Assembly (NCBI GenBank): GCA_009773205.1
Contig: WPAE01000002.1
Span: 3,241-67,240 of the forward strand
Reading direction: 5' to 3'
From: Ignavibacteria bacterium
Lineage (GTDB): Bacteria; Bacteroidota; Ignavibacteria; Ignavibacteriales; Melioribacteraceae
DNA: 64,000 nucleotides
The notes under the pieces: generated by a model
Seen by the model: only the letters and a program-made list of their open reading frames with translations
What the model was told of the DNA's origin: nothing
Database searches by the model: none
Translations under genes and position numbers: made by a program
Part shown: positions 1 through 10,571 of the stretch, piece after piece
How the letters are laid out: each line of letters begins with the position of its first letter
How positions within the stretch are numbered: the first letter of the stretch is position 1

Positions 1-969
1 ACAGAAAAGAAAACAACTTTGTACGTTGCTTCGTTCAATGTAGAAAATCTCTTTGATGCCGTAGATGACCCGGAAAAAGATGATGCGGAATTTCTGCCCG
101 AATCTGAAAAGTTTTGGACTGACGGGAAAATTAATGTTAAGCTGAACAATCTTGCTAAGGTTATTAATTACATGAATAATGGTGTTGGACCAGATGTCTT
201 AGCAATACAAGAAGTTGAAAATTTTAATATGATGAAACTGTTGTGTTATGCGCTTAAAGACCGAGAGTATATTCCTGCACATAGAGAATCTAAAGATCCA
301 CGCGGAATTGATGTTGGTTTGCTTTACGATAGAAAGCTTTTTGAGATAGAAGATTTGAAAGCGATTGAAATTGTGCTGCCAAACGGATTTCCAACACGCG
401 ATATTTTGCATGTTACGCTAAAACATAAAACGAGCGGCGAGGTTTTTCACTTCTTTGTTAATCATTGGCCATCAAGAAGAGGCGGAAAAGAAAAATCTGA
501 TATTAACCGCCAAGCTGCTGCAAAAATCTTAAAGTCCTTGCTTAATGAATTATCAGATAAAACTCCAGAAGCTAATGTTATTATACTTGGTGATTTTAAC
601 GACAGCCCTTTCGATCCCTCGATATCAAAAGTTTTGAGTGCGTTGGATTTTGAGTGTCAGCCGAATCTAGTTAAAAAGGAATTACTAAATCTTGCATACA
701 AAAAAGCTGATCAAAAAGATGGTTCTTACCTGTTCGCCCGTAATTGGGAGATGATTGATCAAATTATTGCAAGTCCAAATTTTATAGATGCCAAAAGATG
801 GGAATATGAATGTAACTCTTACGAAATAATAAAGCCGGAGTTTATGATAATTCCTTCAGGCGATAGAAAAGGCGGCGCTTTACCTACTTATATGGGAACA
901 AAATACATAGGCGGTTTTAGCGATCACTTTCCTGTAGGTGCAAGATTTTATTACAAAGATGAAAACTAA
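1..969 (+). CDS. Endonuclease/exonuclease/phosphatase (EEP) family protein, 5'-truncated by window edge
   Basis: Frame is open from base 1; motifs ASFNVENLFD, LAIQEVEN, NHWPSRRGG, IILGDFND, DQII, SDHFPV. Confidence 0.85.
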   Translation, partial: TEKKTTLYVASFNVENLFDAVDDPEKDDAEFLPESEKFWTDGKINVKLNNLAKVINYMNNGVGPDVLAIQEVENFNMMKLLCYALKDREYIPAHRESKDPRGIDVGLLYDRKLFEIEDLKAIEIVLPNGFPTRDILHVTLKHKTSGEVFHFFVNHWPSRRGGKEKSDINRQAAAKILKSLLNELSDKTPEANVIILGDFNDSPFDPSISKVLSALDFECQPNLVKKELLNLAYKKADQKDGSYLFARNWEMIDQIIASPNFIDAKRWEYECNSYEIIKPEFMIIPSGDRKGGALPTYMGTKYIGGFSDHFPVGARFYYKDEN

Positions 970-984
970 TTTAGAGAGGATACT

Positions 985-1437
985 TTGAATCTTAAAGAAA
1001 AAATTAATAATGATCTAAAAGAAGCAATGAAGAGCGGTGAGAAACTTCGTCTCGAAACAATTCGTTCTATACGTGCTTTAATTTTGGAATTTGAAAAAAG
1101 CGGAAGTGGAAAAGAATTTTCTGAAGAAGAGGGTTTGAGAATTTTAACTGTTGCTGCTAAAAAAAGAAAAGAGGCAATAGAGCAATTCAAAAATGCAAAC
1201 CGTAATGATTTAGCAGAAAAGGAAGAAGCCGAGCTAAAAATAATTGAATTATATCTTCCTAAACAGTTAACCCCGGAAGAAATACTTATTGAAGTAAAAA
1301 ATATTGCCGAAGAAGCTGGAGCTAAAGGAAAAGAAGATTTTGCAAAAGTAATGCCACTTGCTGCTAAAAGTTTAAAAGGCAAAGCTGATGGTAAAGTGAT
1401 TCGCGAAATTCTTGAAAAACTTTTGAGCGGCAATTGA
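985..1437 (+). CDS. GatB/YqeY domain protein
   Basis: LKEAMKS, KKRKEAIEQF..ANRNDLAEKEEAE..YLPKQL, KGKADGK typical of YqeY. Confidence 0.9.
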   Translation: MNLKEKINNDLKEAMKSGEKLRLETIRSIRALILEFEKSGSGKEFSEEEGLRILTVAAKKRKEAIEQFKNANRNDLAEKEEAELKIIELYLPKQLTPEEILIEVKNIAEEAGAKGKEDFAKVMPLAAKSLKGKADGKVIREILEKLLSGN

Positions 1438-1985
1438 ATTATCTAGATTACATAATTCTCGTTATAGCGCTTATTGGGTTCATACTTGGTTTTAAGGATG
1501 GGCTTGTTCGAAAAATAATTGGGTTACTTGGGTTGATCTTAGCTGTTGTTCTTGCATTTCAACTTGGTGGTAAAGCCGGAGAAGTACTTACCTCTTTTTT
1601 TATTGAAGATGATTATTTGGCAGCTTTGATTTCTGGAGTGATAATATTTTTGGGCGTTATGCTTATCTCTTCAATCCTTAAAAGAATTATTCATCCAGCA
1701 GATAAAGTAAATAATTTAATTAACCAAACTCTTGGCGGACTTATAGGCGTAATTCAAATACTTTTTTTTGCAAGCACAGTTTGTCTTATCTTAAACATAT
1801 TTGGCTTTCCTAAGAGCGATGATAGAAATAATTCTACTTTCTATAATTCTGTTCTTAACTTAATTCCAAAAACAACTGAGTTTCTAATTGGCAACCGTTC
1901 AAAAGCAACAGATGTCTTTAATGATTTTATAGAAATGAACGATATTGATTCTTCTGGACAAACAGATTCAAATACAATAAAATGA
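1434..1985 (+). CDS. cvpA: CvpA (colicin V production) family membrane protein
   Basis: MNYLDYIIL..GFKDGLVR N-terminus, four hydrophobic segments, LGGLIG; sits upstream of mutS2. Confidence 0.85.
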   Translation: MNYLDYIILVIALIGFILGFKDGLVRKIIGLLGLILAVVLAFQLGGKAGEVLTSFFIEDDYLAALISGVIIFLGVMLISSILKRIIHPADKVNNLINQTLGGLIGVIQILFFASTVCLILNIFGFPKSDDRNNSTFYNSVLNLIPKTTEFLIGNRSKATDVFNDFIEMNDIDSSGQTDSNTIK

Positions 1986-4333
1986 TTACAAAAGATATTT
2001 TAGAAAAATTAGAATACCCAAAAGTCGTTGCACAGATAGAAAAATACTGCTTTACAGATAGCGGGAAAAAGATTACTTCTGAATTGCTGCCTATGTACGA
2101 AACAGAGGCTATTCAGTTAGAATACAAACGAGTAAATGAAGCAAAAGAAATTTTAATAAGAAACGAAGAACCGCCTTTCGAATACTTACCTGACATAACG
2201 GAAACCTTATCAAGAAGCAGAATTCAAGGTGTTATTCTTGTATCGAAGCAAATTATAGAAGTTTATAATTTGGCTCAACTATCAAGAAAGCTATATCAAT
2301 TTTTAAAATTAAAAAATGATGCTGTTGAAACTAACCTAAATGATTTACTTACTCTGTTATTTGTAGATAAAGTATTTGAACACCACTTTACAAAAGTATT
2401 TGATGACAATGGCGAGATAAAAGATACTGCAAGCGTAAAACTTAGAGACATTCGTGTTGATATTAGAGAAAAAGAATCTGCTCTTCAAAAACTTGTACAG
2501 AGATTGTTAAAGCAGCTAAGCGATTCTTATTTAGTTCAAGAGGAATTTGTAACTCAACGCGATGGAAGAATTGTTTTGCCAATTAAAGCCGAACATAAAA
2601 GGCATGTTCGAGGATTCATTCATTCGGAATCTGCAACTGGACAAACCGTTTACATTGAGCCAGAAGAAACTCTTGAGATGAACAATGAAATTCTTTCTCT
2701 TCATTTTGCAGAAAAAAGGGAAATAGAAAAAATACTTCGTGGGCTAACAGAAAAAATTGCCGAACAGAATATTGCGCTAAAACAGTCTTTGTTTGCTATT
2801 GCACAACTCGATTCCATTTTTGCGCGTGCAAAGTATTCTATTGCTGTAATTGGATCGCATCCAAGTTATTTTCTCAACAAACCGTTTGAAATGATTGATG
2901 CAAGACATCCTCTTCTCTTAAAGCGTCTTGGCCATCAAAAAACTGTGCCGATGAACCTGAAGTTAAAAAATGAGAAAGTTGTTCTTATTACAGGACCAAA
3001 TGCTGGCGGTAAAACAGTAACGCTTAAAACTTGCGGCTTATTAGTATGTTTGGCTCAAGCGGGCATTCCGGTTCCAGTATTCCCCGATTCCAACTTCCAC
3101 ATTTTTGAAAGTGTTTTGGTAGATATTGGCGATGCGCAATCTATTGAAGATGACTTGAGCACGTTTAGCTCTCATTTAACAAACATTAAAAATATTATAG
3201 AATCTGCAGATGATAAATCTTTGGCTTTGCTCGATGAAATTGGAACTGGAACTGATCCGGCAGAAGGTTCGGCAATTGCTGTCGGAGTTTTAATTTCATT
3301 ACGCGATAAAGGAGCAATAGTATTAGCTACAACTCATCACGGAAGCTTGAAATTAGTTGCAAACCAGCTTGAAGAATTTCAAAATGCTTCTATGGAGTTT
3401 GATACCGATTTACTAAAACCGACTTACAGATTTAAGCAAGGAATGCCCGGCTCGAGTTATGCTTTTGAAGTTGCTCAACGAATTGGTTTTGATGATGAGT
3501 TTATAAATCTCTCTAAGCAGTATCTTGATACCGATAAAACTAAAATTGAAGAATTCTTAGTAAGCTTGGAAAAGAAATCTCAAGATTTGCGAGATCAGTT
3601 GAACAAAAGTGAGATTGAAAATCTTCGTTTGAAAGGATTAGCAAATCTGTATCAAAACAAAATTGAGAAGTTAGAACAGCAGAAGAAAGAAATTCTTTCC
3701 GATACTCAAGAGAAAGCACAAATGTATTTGAAAGATGTAAATAGACAGATTGAAGATACAATTAAGAACATTCGTGAATCTCAGGCAAAGAAAGAAGTTA
3801 TCAAACAAGAAAAAGAGAAAATCGAGCAGTTAAAGAGAGAAACAAAAAAGATAATTCCACAAAAGCAAAAAGTAGTGCTTGAGAAAAAAGAATTTAAAGT
3901 TGGAGATTATGCTTCAATTGTAAACACTTCTACAGCCGGCGTTATTCAAGAACTTGATAATGATAAAAATAAAGCTCTTCTTCTTGTTGGTTCGTTGAAA
4001 ATTAAAACTAAGATTAGCGAGCTGCAGACGGCAAAGAAAACCGAAGCTGAGTTAGTTTACAAAAAGAAGTATGAAAATGATTATCAGAATCTTAACTTTA
4101 GATTAGATTTACGCGGTATGAGATATGAAGATGCAGAGTTTGCTCTTATTAAATTTTTAGATGAAGCAAATATGAATGGAGTTGACCGAGTAGAAGTGCT
4201 TCATGGAAAAGGAACCGGTGTCTTAAAACAGCTTACTCTCGGAATTCTTAGAACAAATCATTCAGTTAAAAATTTCTACTTTTCTGGAATAGAAAGCGGC
4301 GGAGAAGGAATAACAATTGTAGAGTTTAAATAA
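1982..4333 (+). CDS. mutS2: MutS2 (ATPase with coiled coil, KOW and Smr domains)
   Basis: Walker A TGPNAGGKT, DIGDAQSIEDDLSTFSSH, DEIGTGTDP, ATTHHG; C-terminal LDLRG..HGKGTGVL Smr domain. Confidence 0.95.
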   Translation: MITKDILEKLEYPKVVAQIEKYCFTDSGKKITSELLPMYETEAIQLEYKRVNEAKEILIRNEEPPFEYLPDITETLSRSRIQGVILVSKQIIEVYNLAQLSRKLYQFLKLKNDAVETNLNDLLTLLFVDKVFEHHFTKVFDDNGEIKDTASVKLRDIRVDIREKESALQKLVQRLLKQLSDSYLVQEEFVTQRDGRIVLPIKAEHKRHVRGFIHSESATGQTVYIEPEETLEMNNEILSLHFAEKREIEKILRGLTEKIAEQNIALKQSLFAIAQLDSIFARAKYSIAVIGSHPSYFLNKPFEMIDARHPLLLKRLGHQKTVPMNLKLKNEKVVLITGPNAGGKTVTLKTCGLLVCLAQAGIPVPVFPDSNFHIFESVLVDIGDAQSIEDDLSTFSSHLTNIKNIIESADDKSLALLDEIGTGTDPAEGSAIAVGVLISLRDKGAIVLATTHHGSLKLVANQLEEFQNASMEFDTDLLKPTYRFKQGMPGSSYAFEVAQRIGFDDEFINLSKQYLDTDKTKIEEFLVSLEKKSQDLRDQLNKSEIENLRLKGLANLYQNKIEKLEQQKKEILSDTQEKAQMYLKDVNRQIEDTIKNIRESQAKKEVIKQEKEKIEQLKRETKKIIPQKQKVVLEKKEFKVGDYASIVNTSTAGVIQELDNDKNKALLLVGSLKIKTKISELQTAKKTEAELVYKKKYENDYQNLNFRLDLRGMRYEDAEFALIKFLDEANMNGVDRVEVLHGKGTGVLKQLTLGILRTNHSVKNFYFSGIESGGEGITIVEFK

Positions 4334-5830
4334 GTGTTTAAAAAAATATTAATTGCAAATAGAGGCGAGATAGCTCACCGCATAATAAAAGCATGCAGAG
4401 AGATGTCAATTACATCTGCAGTAATTTATTCTGAAGCTGATGTAAACGCTTTACATGTGCGGAGAGCTGATGAAGCTTATTTAATTGGCGCCGCACCGGC
4501 AAGTGATTCATATCTCAACAAAGAAAAAATTATTGCACTCGCAAAGCAAATAGGCGCAGATGCAATTCATCCCGGTTACGGCTTTCTTTCTGAGCGAGCA
4601 GAATTTATTAAAATGGTTGAAGACGCCGGAATTACTTTCATTGGACCATCATATAAATCTGTTGAAATGATGGGTGGAAAAACAGATGCTCGCACTTTAA
4701 TGAAAAATCATAATGTTCCTATTGTGCCTGGAACAACCGAGCCGATTACAGATATTGAAGAAGGGAAAAAGACTGCAAAAGAAATAGGATTTCCAGTAAT
4801 GCTAAAAGCAGCCGCAGGAGGAGGCGGCAAAGGAATGCGCAAGGTTTTTTCCGAAGTGGAATTTGAGCCGTCATTTCTCCGGGCTAAAAACGAAGCGTTA
4901 AAATTTTTTGGGAATGATGCTGTTTATATTGAAAAGTTTATAGAGCATCCCAAACATATTGAGGTCCAAATAATTGCTGATAAGTATGGGAATTATGTTC
5001 ATCTTTTTGAAAGAGAATGTTCTGTTCAAAGAAGACATCAAAAAGTAATTGAGGAAGCGCCTTCAATATCTGTTGATAATGAAACACGAATAAAATTAAC
5101 CGAAGCCGCAGTTAATGCTGCAAAGGCTTGCGGTTACTACAATGCAGGCACAATAGAAATGTTGATGGATAAAGACAAAAGTTTCTATTTCTTAGAAATG
5201 AATACTCGTTTGCAGGTAGAACATCCGGTTACAGAAATGATAACAGGTTTTGATATTGTAAAAGAGCAGATAAGAATTGCTTATGGGGAAAAGTTAAGTA
5301 TCACTCAAGACGAAATTAAAATTAATGGGCATGCTATTGAGTGTAGAGTTTACGCCGAAGATGTAGATAACAATTATGCTCCTTCGATTGGAAAAATTAC
5401 GCATCATAGACTTACTTCCGGTCCAGGCGTTCGCATTGATAGAGGAATTGATGTTATGAGTGAAGTGCCGATTTACTATGACCCGATGCTCGCAAAAGTA
5501 ATCTGCTGGGGAAAAGATAGAGATGAGGCAATTGAAAGAATGAAACGCGCTTTATGTGAATATCAAATTTGCGGTGTAACTACAAATATGCCAGCTTTTA
5601 ATTGGATGCTTAAGCAAAAGACTTTCGTAGATGGAACATTCGATATTAATTTTTTGGATAACGAGTTCTTACCATTAATACCAGATAAATGGAAAGGACA
5701 ATCAGCAGAACATTTAGAAGATGTTGCTGCTGTTTTAGCGGCGTTAATTAAAAATGTTGAGTCTGATGCAACTCTTACAGAAAATCATAGTAACAGAACG
5801 AATAACTGGCGGATTCAACTTTATGAATGA
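4334..5830 (+). CDS. accC: Biotin carboxylase subunit of acetyl/propionyl-CoA carboxylase
   Basis: KKILIANRGEIA, IHPGYGFLSE, GGGGKGMR, RECSVQRRHQKVIEE, EMNTRLQVEHPVTE. Confidence 0.93.
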   Translation: MFKKILIANRGEIAHRIIKACREMSITSAVIYSEADVNALHVRRADEAYLIGAAPASDSYLNKEKIIALAKQIGADAIHPGYGFLSERAEFIKMVEDAGITFIGPSYKSVEMMGGKTDARTLMKNHNVPIVPGTTEPITDIEEGKKTAKEIGFPVMLKAAAGGGGKGMRKVFSEVEFEPSFLRAKNEALKFFGNDAVYIEKFIEHPKHIEVQIIADKYGNYVHLFERECSVQRRHQKVIEEAPSISVDNETRIKLTEAAVNAAKACGYYNAGTIEMLMDKDKSFYFLEMNTRLQVEHPVTEMITGFDIVKEQIRIAYGEKLSITQDEIKINGHAIECRVYAEDVDNNYAPSIGKITHHRLTSGPGVRIDRGIDVMSEVPIYYDPMLAKVICWGKDRDEAIERMKRALCEYQICGVTTNMPAFNWMLKQKTFVDGTFDINFLDNEFLPLIPDKWKGQSAEHLEDVAAVLAALIKNVESDATLTENHSNRTNNWRIQLYE

Positions 5831-6323
5831 ATTTGTGATTACTGTTAATAATAAAAAGAAAACCGTGCGAGTGAATGATGACGGCACTGTAAATTTAGAT
5901 GGTAAGTTACAGAGTGCTTCTGTTACTAAAATTAGTAATCACTCATACTTACTTAGGTTTGGGAATAAGATTTATGAAGCTGCGGTAAACAAATCTAGTA
6001 ATGGCGAATTTAGATTTTTGATTGACGGATGGTATTTTGATACTAATGTAAGAACACGCCTGCAAGAAACCGCTTACGAGTTACTGAGAAACAAACAAAA
6101 AACTTATCACCATACGGAAGTAAAAGCGCCAATGCCTGGCTTGCTTATAAAAATAAAAAAGACTGTTGGAGATTTTGTTGAATTAGGCGAGCCAATTTTA
6201 GTACTTGAAGCGATGAAGATGGAAAATGATCTTCACTCTCCATCAAGCGGAATTATTAAAGAAATCCATTTCCAAGAAGGACAGACGGTTGAAAAAGGCT
6301 CTGTTATTTTAATAATAGAATAA
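5823..6323 (+). CDS. Biotin carboxyl carrier protein with N-terminal extension (split PCC-alpha-like C-terminal half)
   Basis: APMPG and EAMKMEN biotinylation motif; ATG at 5823 overlaps the accC stop. Confidence 0.88.
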   Translation: MNEFVITVNNKKKTVRVNDDGTVNLDGKLQSASVTKISNHSYLLRFGNKIYEAAVNKSSNGEFRFLIDGWYFDTNVRTRLQETAYELLRNKQKTYHHTEVKAPMPGLLIKIKKTVGDFVELGEPILVLEAMKMENDLHSPSSGIIKEIHFQEGQTVEKGSVILIIE

Positions 6324-6396
6324 TAATTCTTTTTTGCTTTTTATCTTCAATTATTTATTTTGTCCACGAAATTTCATTAACCCAAAAGGAGGATGT

Positions 6397-7671
6397 GTGA
6401 AGAAGTTAATTACTTCGTTTTTAGCTTGTTTTCTTTTAGCAAGCGTTTTATATGCGGGCGGTTTTCAAACAGGTACACAAAATGCAAGAGCAATGGGAAT
6501 GGGAAGTGCTTTTGTTGGTATGGCATCAGATGCATCGGCAATTTATTTTAATCCCGGCGGATTAACAAACGTAAAAGGATTGAGTATTCTTGCTGGTACA
6601 ACTCTTATTATGCCTACTTTAGATTTTACCGGACCAACTCCATTAACTGGAAAAACTTCTTCAATAGAAAGAACATTTACTCCAATTAATTTTTATGCAG
6701 CCTATGGTATGGGAAATGGCTTTGCATTTGGTGTTGGTGTTAATAATCCGTACGGTCTTGGAACAGAATGGCCGGCTACCTGGATAGGAAAAAGATTGGG
6801 TGTAAAAACAGAATTGAGGACATTCTACATTACTCCTACTGTTTCTTATCAATTAAGTGATAATTTTTCAATCGGCGCTGGTTTTTCATACATAATTTCT
6901 GATGTATTATTTAATCAAGCTGCAGATTTTCCTGCAATACCTTTAGCGCCAGGTGTTAGTTTACCAGCAGCTAAAAATGTTGGAATAAATTTAGAAGGTA
7001 ATGGCGATCCAGCTTATACATTTGTTGTTGGCTTATTATTCAAAGCCTCAAAAGATTTATCTTTTGGTGTTTCATACAGGCACTCAGCAGAAATAAATTT
7101 TAATGGCGATTTAACATTTCAGAATTTACCAGCAAAACCAACTGGCTTTCCTATTGGTCATTCTAACTTATTCCCAGAAGGAAAAGGAAAAGCGAGCTTA
7201 ACTATGCCTTCCGACCTGCGTGCAGGTGTTTCTTTTAACGCAACTAAGGATCTAACCTTCAATGCAGATTTAATGTACGTTGGCTGGGATAGTTACAAAG
7301 AACTAGCAGTAGATTTTGAAAAAAATTCTGCTGCTTGGACAGATATTAAGACAGCTAAAAATTGGGAAAACGCATTTGGCTTAAAAGCTGGCGGTGAATA
7401 TAGAATGGATCAACTGGCTTTCCGTGCTGGTTATGTATTTGACGGCTCTCCAATTCCAACAAAATATATGGACCCAACTTTACCTGGTTCAGACAGGCAC
7501 GAGTTTACACTTGGTCTTGGATATGAAATTATGCCATGCCTTCGTGTTGATGCTGCTTTCCAATATATTTCTTTTGAAACAGAAGTTAAAGATTCCGCTA
7601 TTCCATTTAATGGTGTTTACAAAAATTCAACAACACTATTTGGATTTAACATAGCTTACAATCTAAAGTAA
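6397..7671 (+). CDS. OMPP1/FadL/TodX family outer-membrane transporter
   Basis: GTG start after AAGGAGG; signal peptide; ARAMGMG..DASAIYFNPGGL hatch motif; beta-strand pattern ending in YNLK. Confidence 0.88.
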   Translation: MKKLITSFLACFLLASVLYAGGFQTGTQNARAMGMGSAFVGMASDASAIYFNPGGLTNVKGLSILAGTTLIMPTLDFTGPTPLTGKTSSIERTFTPINFYAAYGMGNGFAFGVGVNNPYGLGTEWPATWIGKRLGVKTELRTFYITPTVSYQLSDNFSIGAGFSYIISDVLFNQAADFPAIPLAPGVSLPAAKNVGINLEGNGDPAYTFVVGLLFKASKDLSFGVSYRHSAEINFNGDLTFQNLPAKPTGFPIGHSNLFPEGKGKASLTMPSDLRAGVSFNATKDLTFNADLMYVGWDSYKELAVDFEKNSAAWTDIKTAKNWENAFGLKAGGEYRMDQLAFRAGYVFDGSPIPTKYMDPTLPGSDRHEFTLGLGYEIMPCLRVDAAFQYISFETEVKDSAIPFNGVYKNSTTLFGFNIAYNLK

Positions 7672-7678
7672 GATTCTT

Positions 7679-7709
7679 CGGGATGGCTACTGAGCCATCC
7701 CGTTTTTTT
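7679..7709 (+). terminator. Rho-independent terminator
   Basis: Perfect 10-bp stem cgggatggct/agccatcccg, 4-nt loop, T7 tract. Confidence 0.9.
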
Positions 7710-7809
7710 ATTCCTCTTCTTTCCCCATCATCTAATTAAACTGAACTAATATTATTTAGTTTTATTAAATTAGCATTGTAGCCAAATTAATATTATTCTT
7801 GAGTATAAA

Positions 7810-8277
7810 ATGACTAAAAGAAACTTGGTTTTATTTGTTCCTTTAATAATCCTATCTGCATGTATTTCAGCAGAACATACAACTGAGCAGACAGAGAATA
7901 AAGAACCAGAAGTTTATGTTTTCGATGATATTAAAAAAGTTGACGAACCAAAATTGGATACTGTAATGGCAAAAACAGCAGTTAAGCATGTTGAACCAGA
8001 TAAATTAGATTCTGTTGTTGCAAAAGAAAATACTGCGATTAAAAAATACACAGTACAGTTTGGAGCTTTTACCTCAAAAGAGAGAGCGGATTCTTTCATA
8101 AATGAAAACCAAAGCAAAACTTCGCTGCCGATGCTAGTTTCGTTTAATGCAGCAACTAAATTGTTCGCTGTACAAGTTCCACCTTATAAAACTAAAGGTG
8201 AAGCAGATATAATAAGAGACAATCTCAGAAAGTTTCCCGCTTTTTCAGATTCGTTTACAGTTTTAGTTGAGAACTAA
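7810..8277 (+). CDS. SPOR-domain lipoprotein
   Basis: Lipobox ILSAC; C-terminal YTVQFGAF..A..F..VQVPPY..A SPOR pattern. Confidence 0.8.
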   Translation: MTKRNLVLFVPLIILSACISAEHTTEQTENKEPEVYVFDDIKKVDEPKLDTVMAKTAVKHVEPDKLDSVVAKENTAIKKYTVQFGAFTSKERADSFINENQSKTSLPMLVSFNAATKLFAVQVPPYKTKGEADIIRDNLRKFPAFSDSFTVLVEN

Positions 8278-8450
8278 TGAACCTTGCTTTATATAAGAGC
8301 GCTTCAAAAAGCTACAATTTACTTGGCGTTCTTTGCATTAAATTTTTTAAACAACGGTTTTTAGTAGTGCCAATATGTTTTAGCGGTTTGTATTTTACTT
8401 AAATAATGATAAATTGATAATCATAATCAAATAAAAATAGAGAGAATTAA

Positions 8451-8879
8451 ATGGCTTTTTCACTAAACAGAATTATGTTGATCGGTAATCTTGGTCAAGA
8501 TGCAGAAAATAGGTTCACAACAAATAATGTGTCTGTTACCACATTTTCTCTTGCAACAACAAGAAGCTATAAAGGCAAAGATGGAAATTGGGTTAACGAA
8601 GCTACTTGGCACAATATAGTATCTTATAATCTCCCCGATTTTTACAAAGAGCAGCTTAAAAAAGGTAAAAAGTTTTATGTAGAAGGAAGACTTTCAAAAA
8701 GAGATTATACTGATAAAGACGGTATAAAGCGCTATATAACCGAAGTAATTTCTGAGCAGTTAATTCCTCTTGAAGGCAGAGAAGGCGGCTCTACAGGAAG
8801 TAGTAATTATTCTGAAAAAGCCACAACTTATAACGATCCAGAACCAGCGGCTAGTACAGATGATGATCTTCCTTTTTAA
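8451..8879 (+). CDS. ssb: Single-stranded DNA-binding protein
   Basis: LNRIMLIGNLGQD, FSLAT, VEGRL; acidic tail DDDLPF. Confidence 0.97.
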   Translation: MAFSLNRIMLIGNLGQDAENRFTTNNVSVTTFSLATTRSYKGKDGNWVNEATWHNIVSYNLPDFYKEQLKKGKKFYVEGRLSKRDYTDKDGIKRYITEVISEQLIPLEGREGGSTGSSNYSEKATTYNDPEPAASTDDDLPF

Positions 8880-8913
8880 ATGTTATGTTGAACAATGTAG
8901 GAATTTTTAATAA

Positions 8914-10194
8914 TTGGAAGTTGACTGGTCGTTAAATTTACTCTTAATTCTTATTTCCCTTTTTACACTTGCATTTTTTTCTAGTGCCGAAGCAGCTTTA
9001 TTCTTACTAGATAAGAAAAAAATAAAAGAGCTTTACAAGCATAATAGGTTAATTGCCGGTTATATCGAATCAATGCTAGGTAACCAGCGAAGATTGCTTG
9101 TAACAATTATGCTTGGTGCAACTTTAGTTAGTGTTGGCGCTTCGATTGTTGGTGTTATATTAGCTTTAGAAGCCGCAAATACTATTGGAATCTCTGTAAC
9201 ATTAGCCATTTCTGTACAAATAGTTATCCTTTCTATTCTAATTCTTTTTATTGGTAAAGTAGCTCCTAAATTGTGGGCAACCAAATATCCGGAAAAGGCT
9301 GCTAAGTTAATTGCTGTTCCAATGTATTGGATAAACTTTGTCTTCTATCCAGCTTCAAAATTATTAACCGATGTGTTAGGAATGCTGACAAAGAACCTTG
9401 AAAACACAAACTCTAGTACGGCTTTGCAAGAAAGTGAAATTACAGAACTTGCTAATCTAAGTGTAGAGCAAGGCACTATTGAAGAAGATGAACACGAACT
9501 TATACATGGAATCGTAAGTTTTAAGACTGTGATGGCTCGCGAAATTATGACCCCACGAGTAGATATTGCTGCTGTATCTGTGGAGGAAACGTTTGATGAC
9601 TTAATGAAAGTTATCAATGAATCAGGACACAGCAGAATTCCTTTGTACGAAGATAGCCTCGATAGTGTAATTGGTATTATTTACGCTAAAGATTTGCTGC
9701 CATATCTGAAATCTCCAGAACTTAGAAAAAACTTACTTTTAAGAAGCATAGCAAGAGATGTTATCTATGTTCCTGCTACAAAACTCATAAATGATTTACT
9801 ACATGAGTTCCAAGAAAAGAAAATTCATATTGGTGTTGTAGTTGATGAATATGGCGGTACTTCCGGACTAATTTCTTTGGAAGACGTTCTCGAAGAAATT
9901 GTTGGCGAGATTAGAGATGAGCATGATAAAGATGAAACTGAAATTACCAAACTTAGCGGAACGAGCTATTTAGTTTTGGGAAAAGTTTCTATTGATGAAA
10001 TTAACGAAACGCTTGGAAAGAATTTTTCTTCGGAGAATGATGACTATGATACACTCGGTGGTTTTATTTTGAACCAAGCGGGTAACATTCCTAAGCAAGG
10101 ATATAAAACAGAGCACTTCGGCTTTGCATTTACTGTAAAGGAAGTTATTAACAACAGAATAAATAAAATCTTAGTAGAGAAAATACCGACTTGA
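8914..10194 (+). CDS. HlyC/CorC family CNNM-CBS-CorC protein (GldE-like)
   Basis: FFSSAEAALF, MTPRVDI, GHSRIPLY, VVDEYGGTSGLISLEDVLEEIVGEIRDEHD; follows ssb like Bacteroidota gldE. Confidence 0.88.
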   Translation: MEVDWSLNLLLILISLFTLAFFSSAEAALFLLDKKKIKELYKHNRLIAGYIESMLGNQRRLLVTIMLGATLVSVGASIVGVILALEAANTIGISVTLAISVQIVILSILILFIGKVAPKLWATKYPEKAAKLIAVPMYWINFVFYPASKLLTDVLGMLTKNLENTNSSTALQESEITELANLSVEQGTIEEDEHELIHGIVSFKTVMAREIMTPRVDIAAVSVEETFDDLMKVINESGHSRIPLYEDSLDSVIGIIYAKDLLPYLKSPELRKNLLLRSIARDVIYVPATKLINDLLHEFQEKKIHIGVVVDEYGGTSGLISLEDVLEEIVGEIRDEHDKDETEITKLSGTSYLVLGKVSIDEINETLGKNFSSENDDYDTLGGFILNQAGNIPKQGYKTEHFGFAFTVKEVINNRINKILVEKIPT

Positions 10195-10571
10195 TGAAAA
10201 AGGGCTGTTTCCTTACTACTATAACTATTGTTACTATTTTAGTAATGATTGGAATCTACGTTTACAAAACTGAATCTGAATTAATTAAAAATTTTGGTAA
10301 AGATAAACTTATCGCAATAGCATCAAAAGAAATTAGTGAGCAAATAAAAAATCTCGAATACACTCCTTACAAAGATTCGTTACTTTTTGTTCTTAGCGAA
10401 AGAGCCAAGCAAATTAAAGGTCAAGATTTTGATAGCACATTGAAAAAGTTCGGAGTAATTGTAGAGAATGTAAAATTAGTTATCAACGATGGCGTTCTCG
10501 ATTCTACTGAGTTCGCGGAAATAAAAAAACTGGTGAAATCACATGAAAGATCAGAGAAAAACAGAAATTAA
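10191..10571 (+). CDS. Hypothetical membrane-anchored protein
   Basis: 126-aa ORF overlapping both neighbours; single N-terminal TM (KGCFLTTITIVTILVMIGIY). Confidence 0.6.
   Translation: MMKKGCFLTTITIVTILVMIGIYVYKTESELIKNFGKDKLIAIASKEISEQIKNLEYTPYKDSLLFVLSERAKQIKGQDFDSTLKKFGVIVENVKLVINDGVLDSTEFAEIKKLVKSHERSEKNRN

Noticed and set aside
966-1433. 155-aa minus-strand ORF, plus other antisense ORFs such as 9345-9617, 19233-19520, 21963-22307, 45723-46109 and 46900-47259
   Set aside because: They lie opposite well-supported genes and have Ser/Phe/Leu-rich shadow composition with no motifs.
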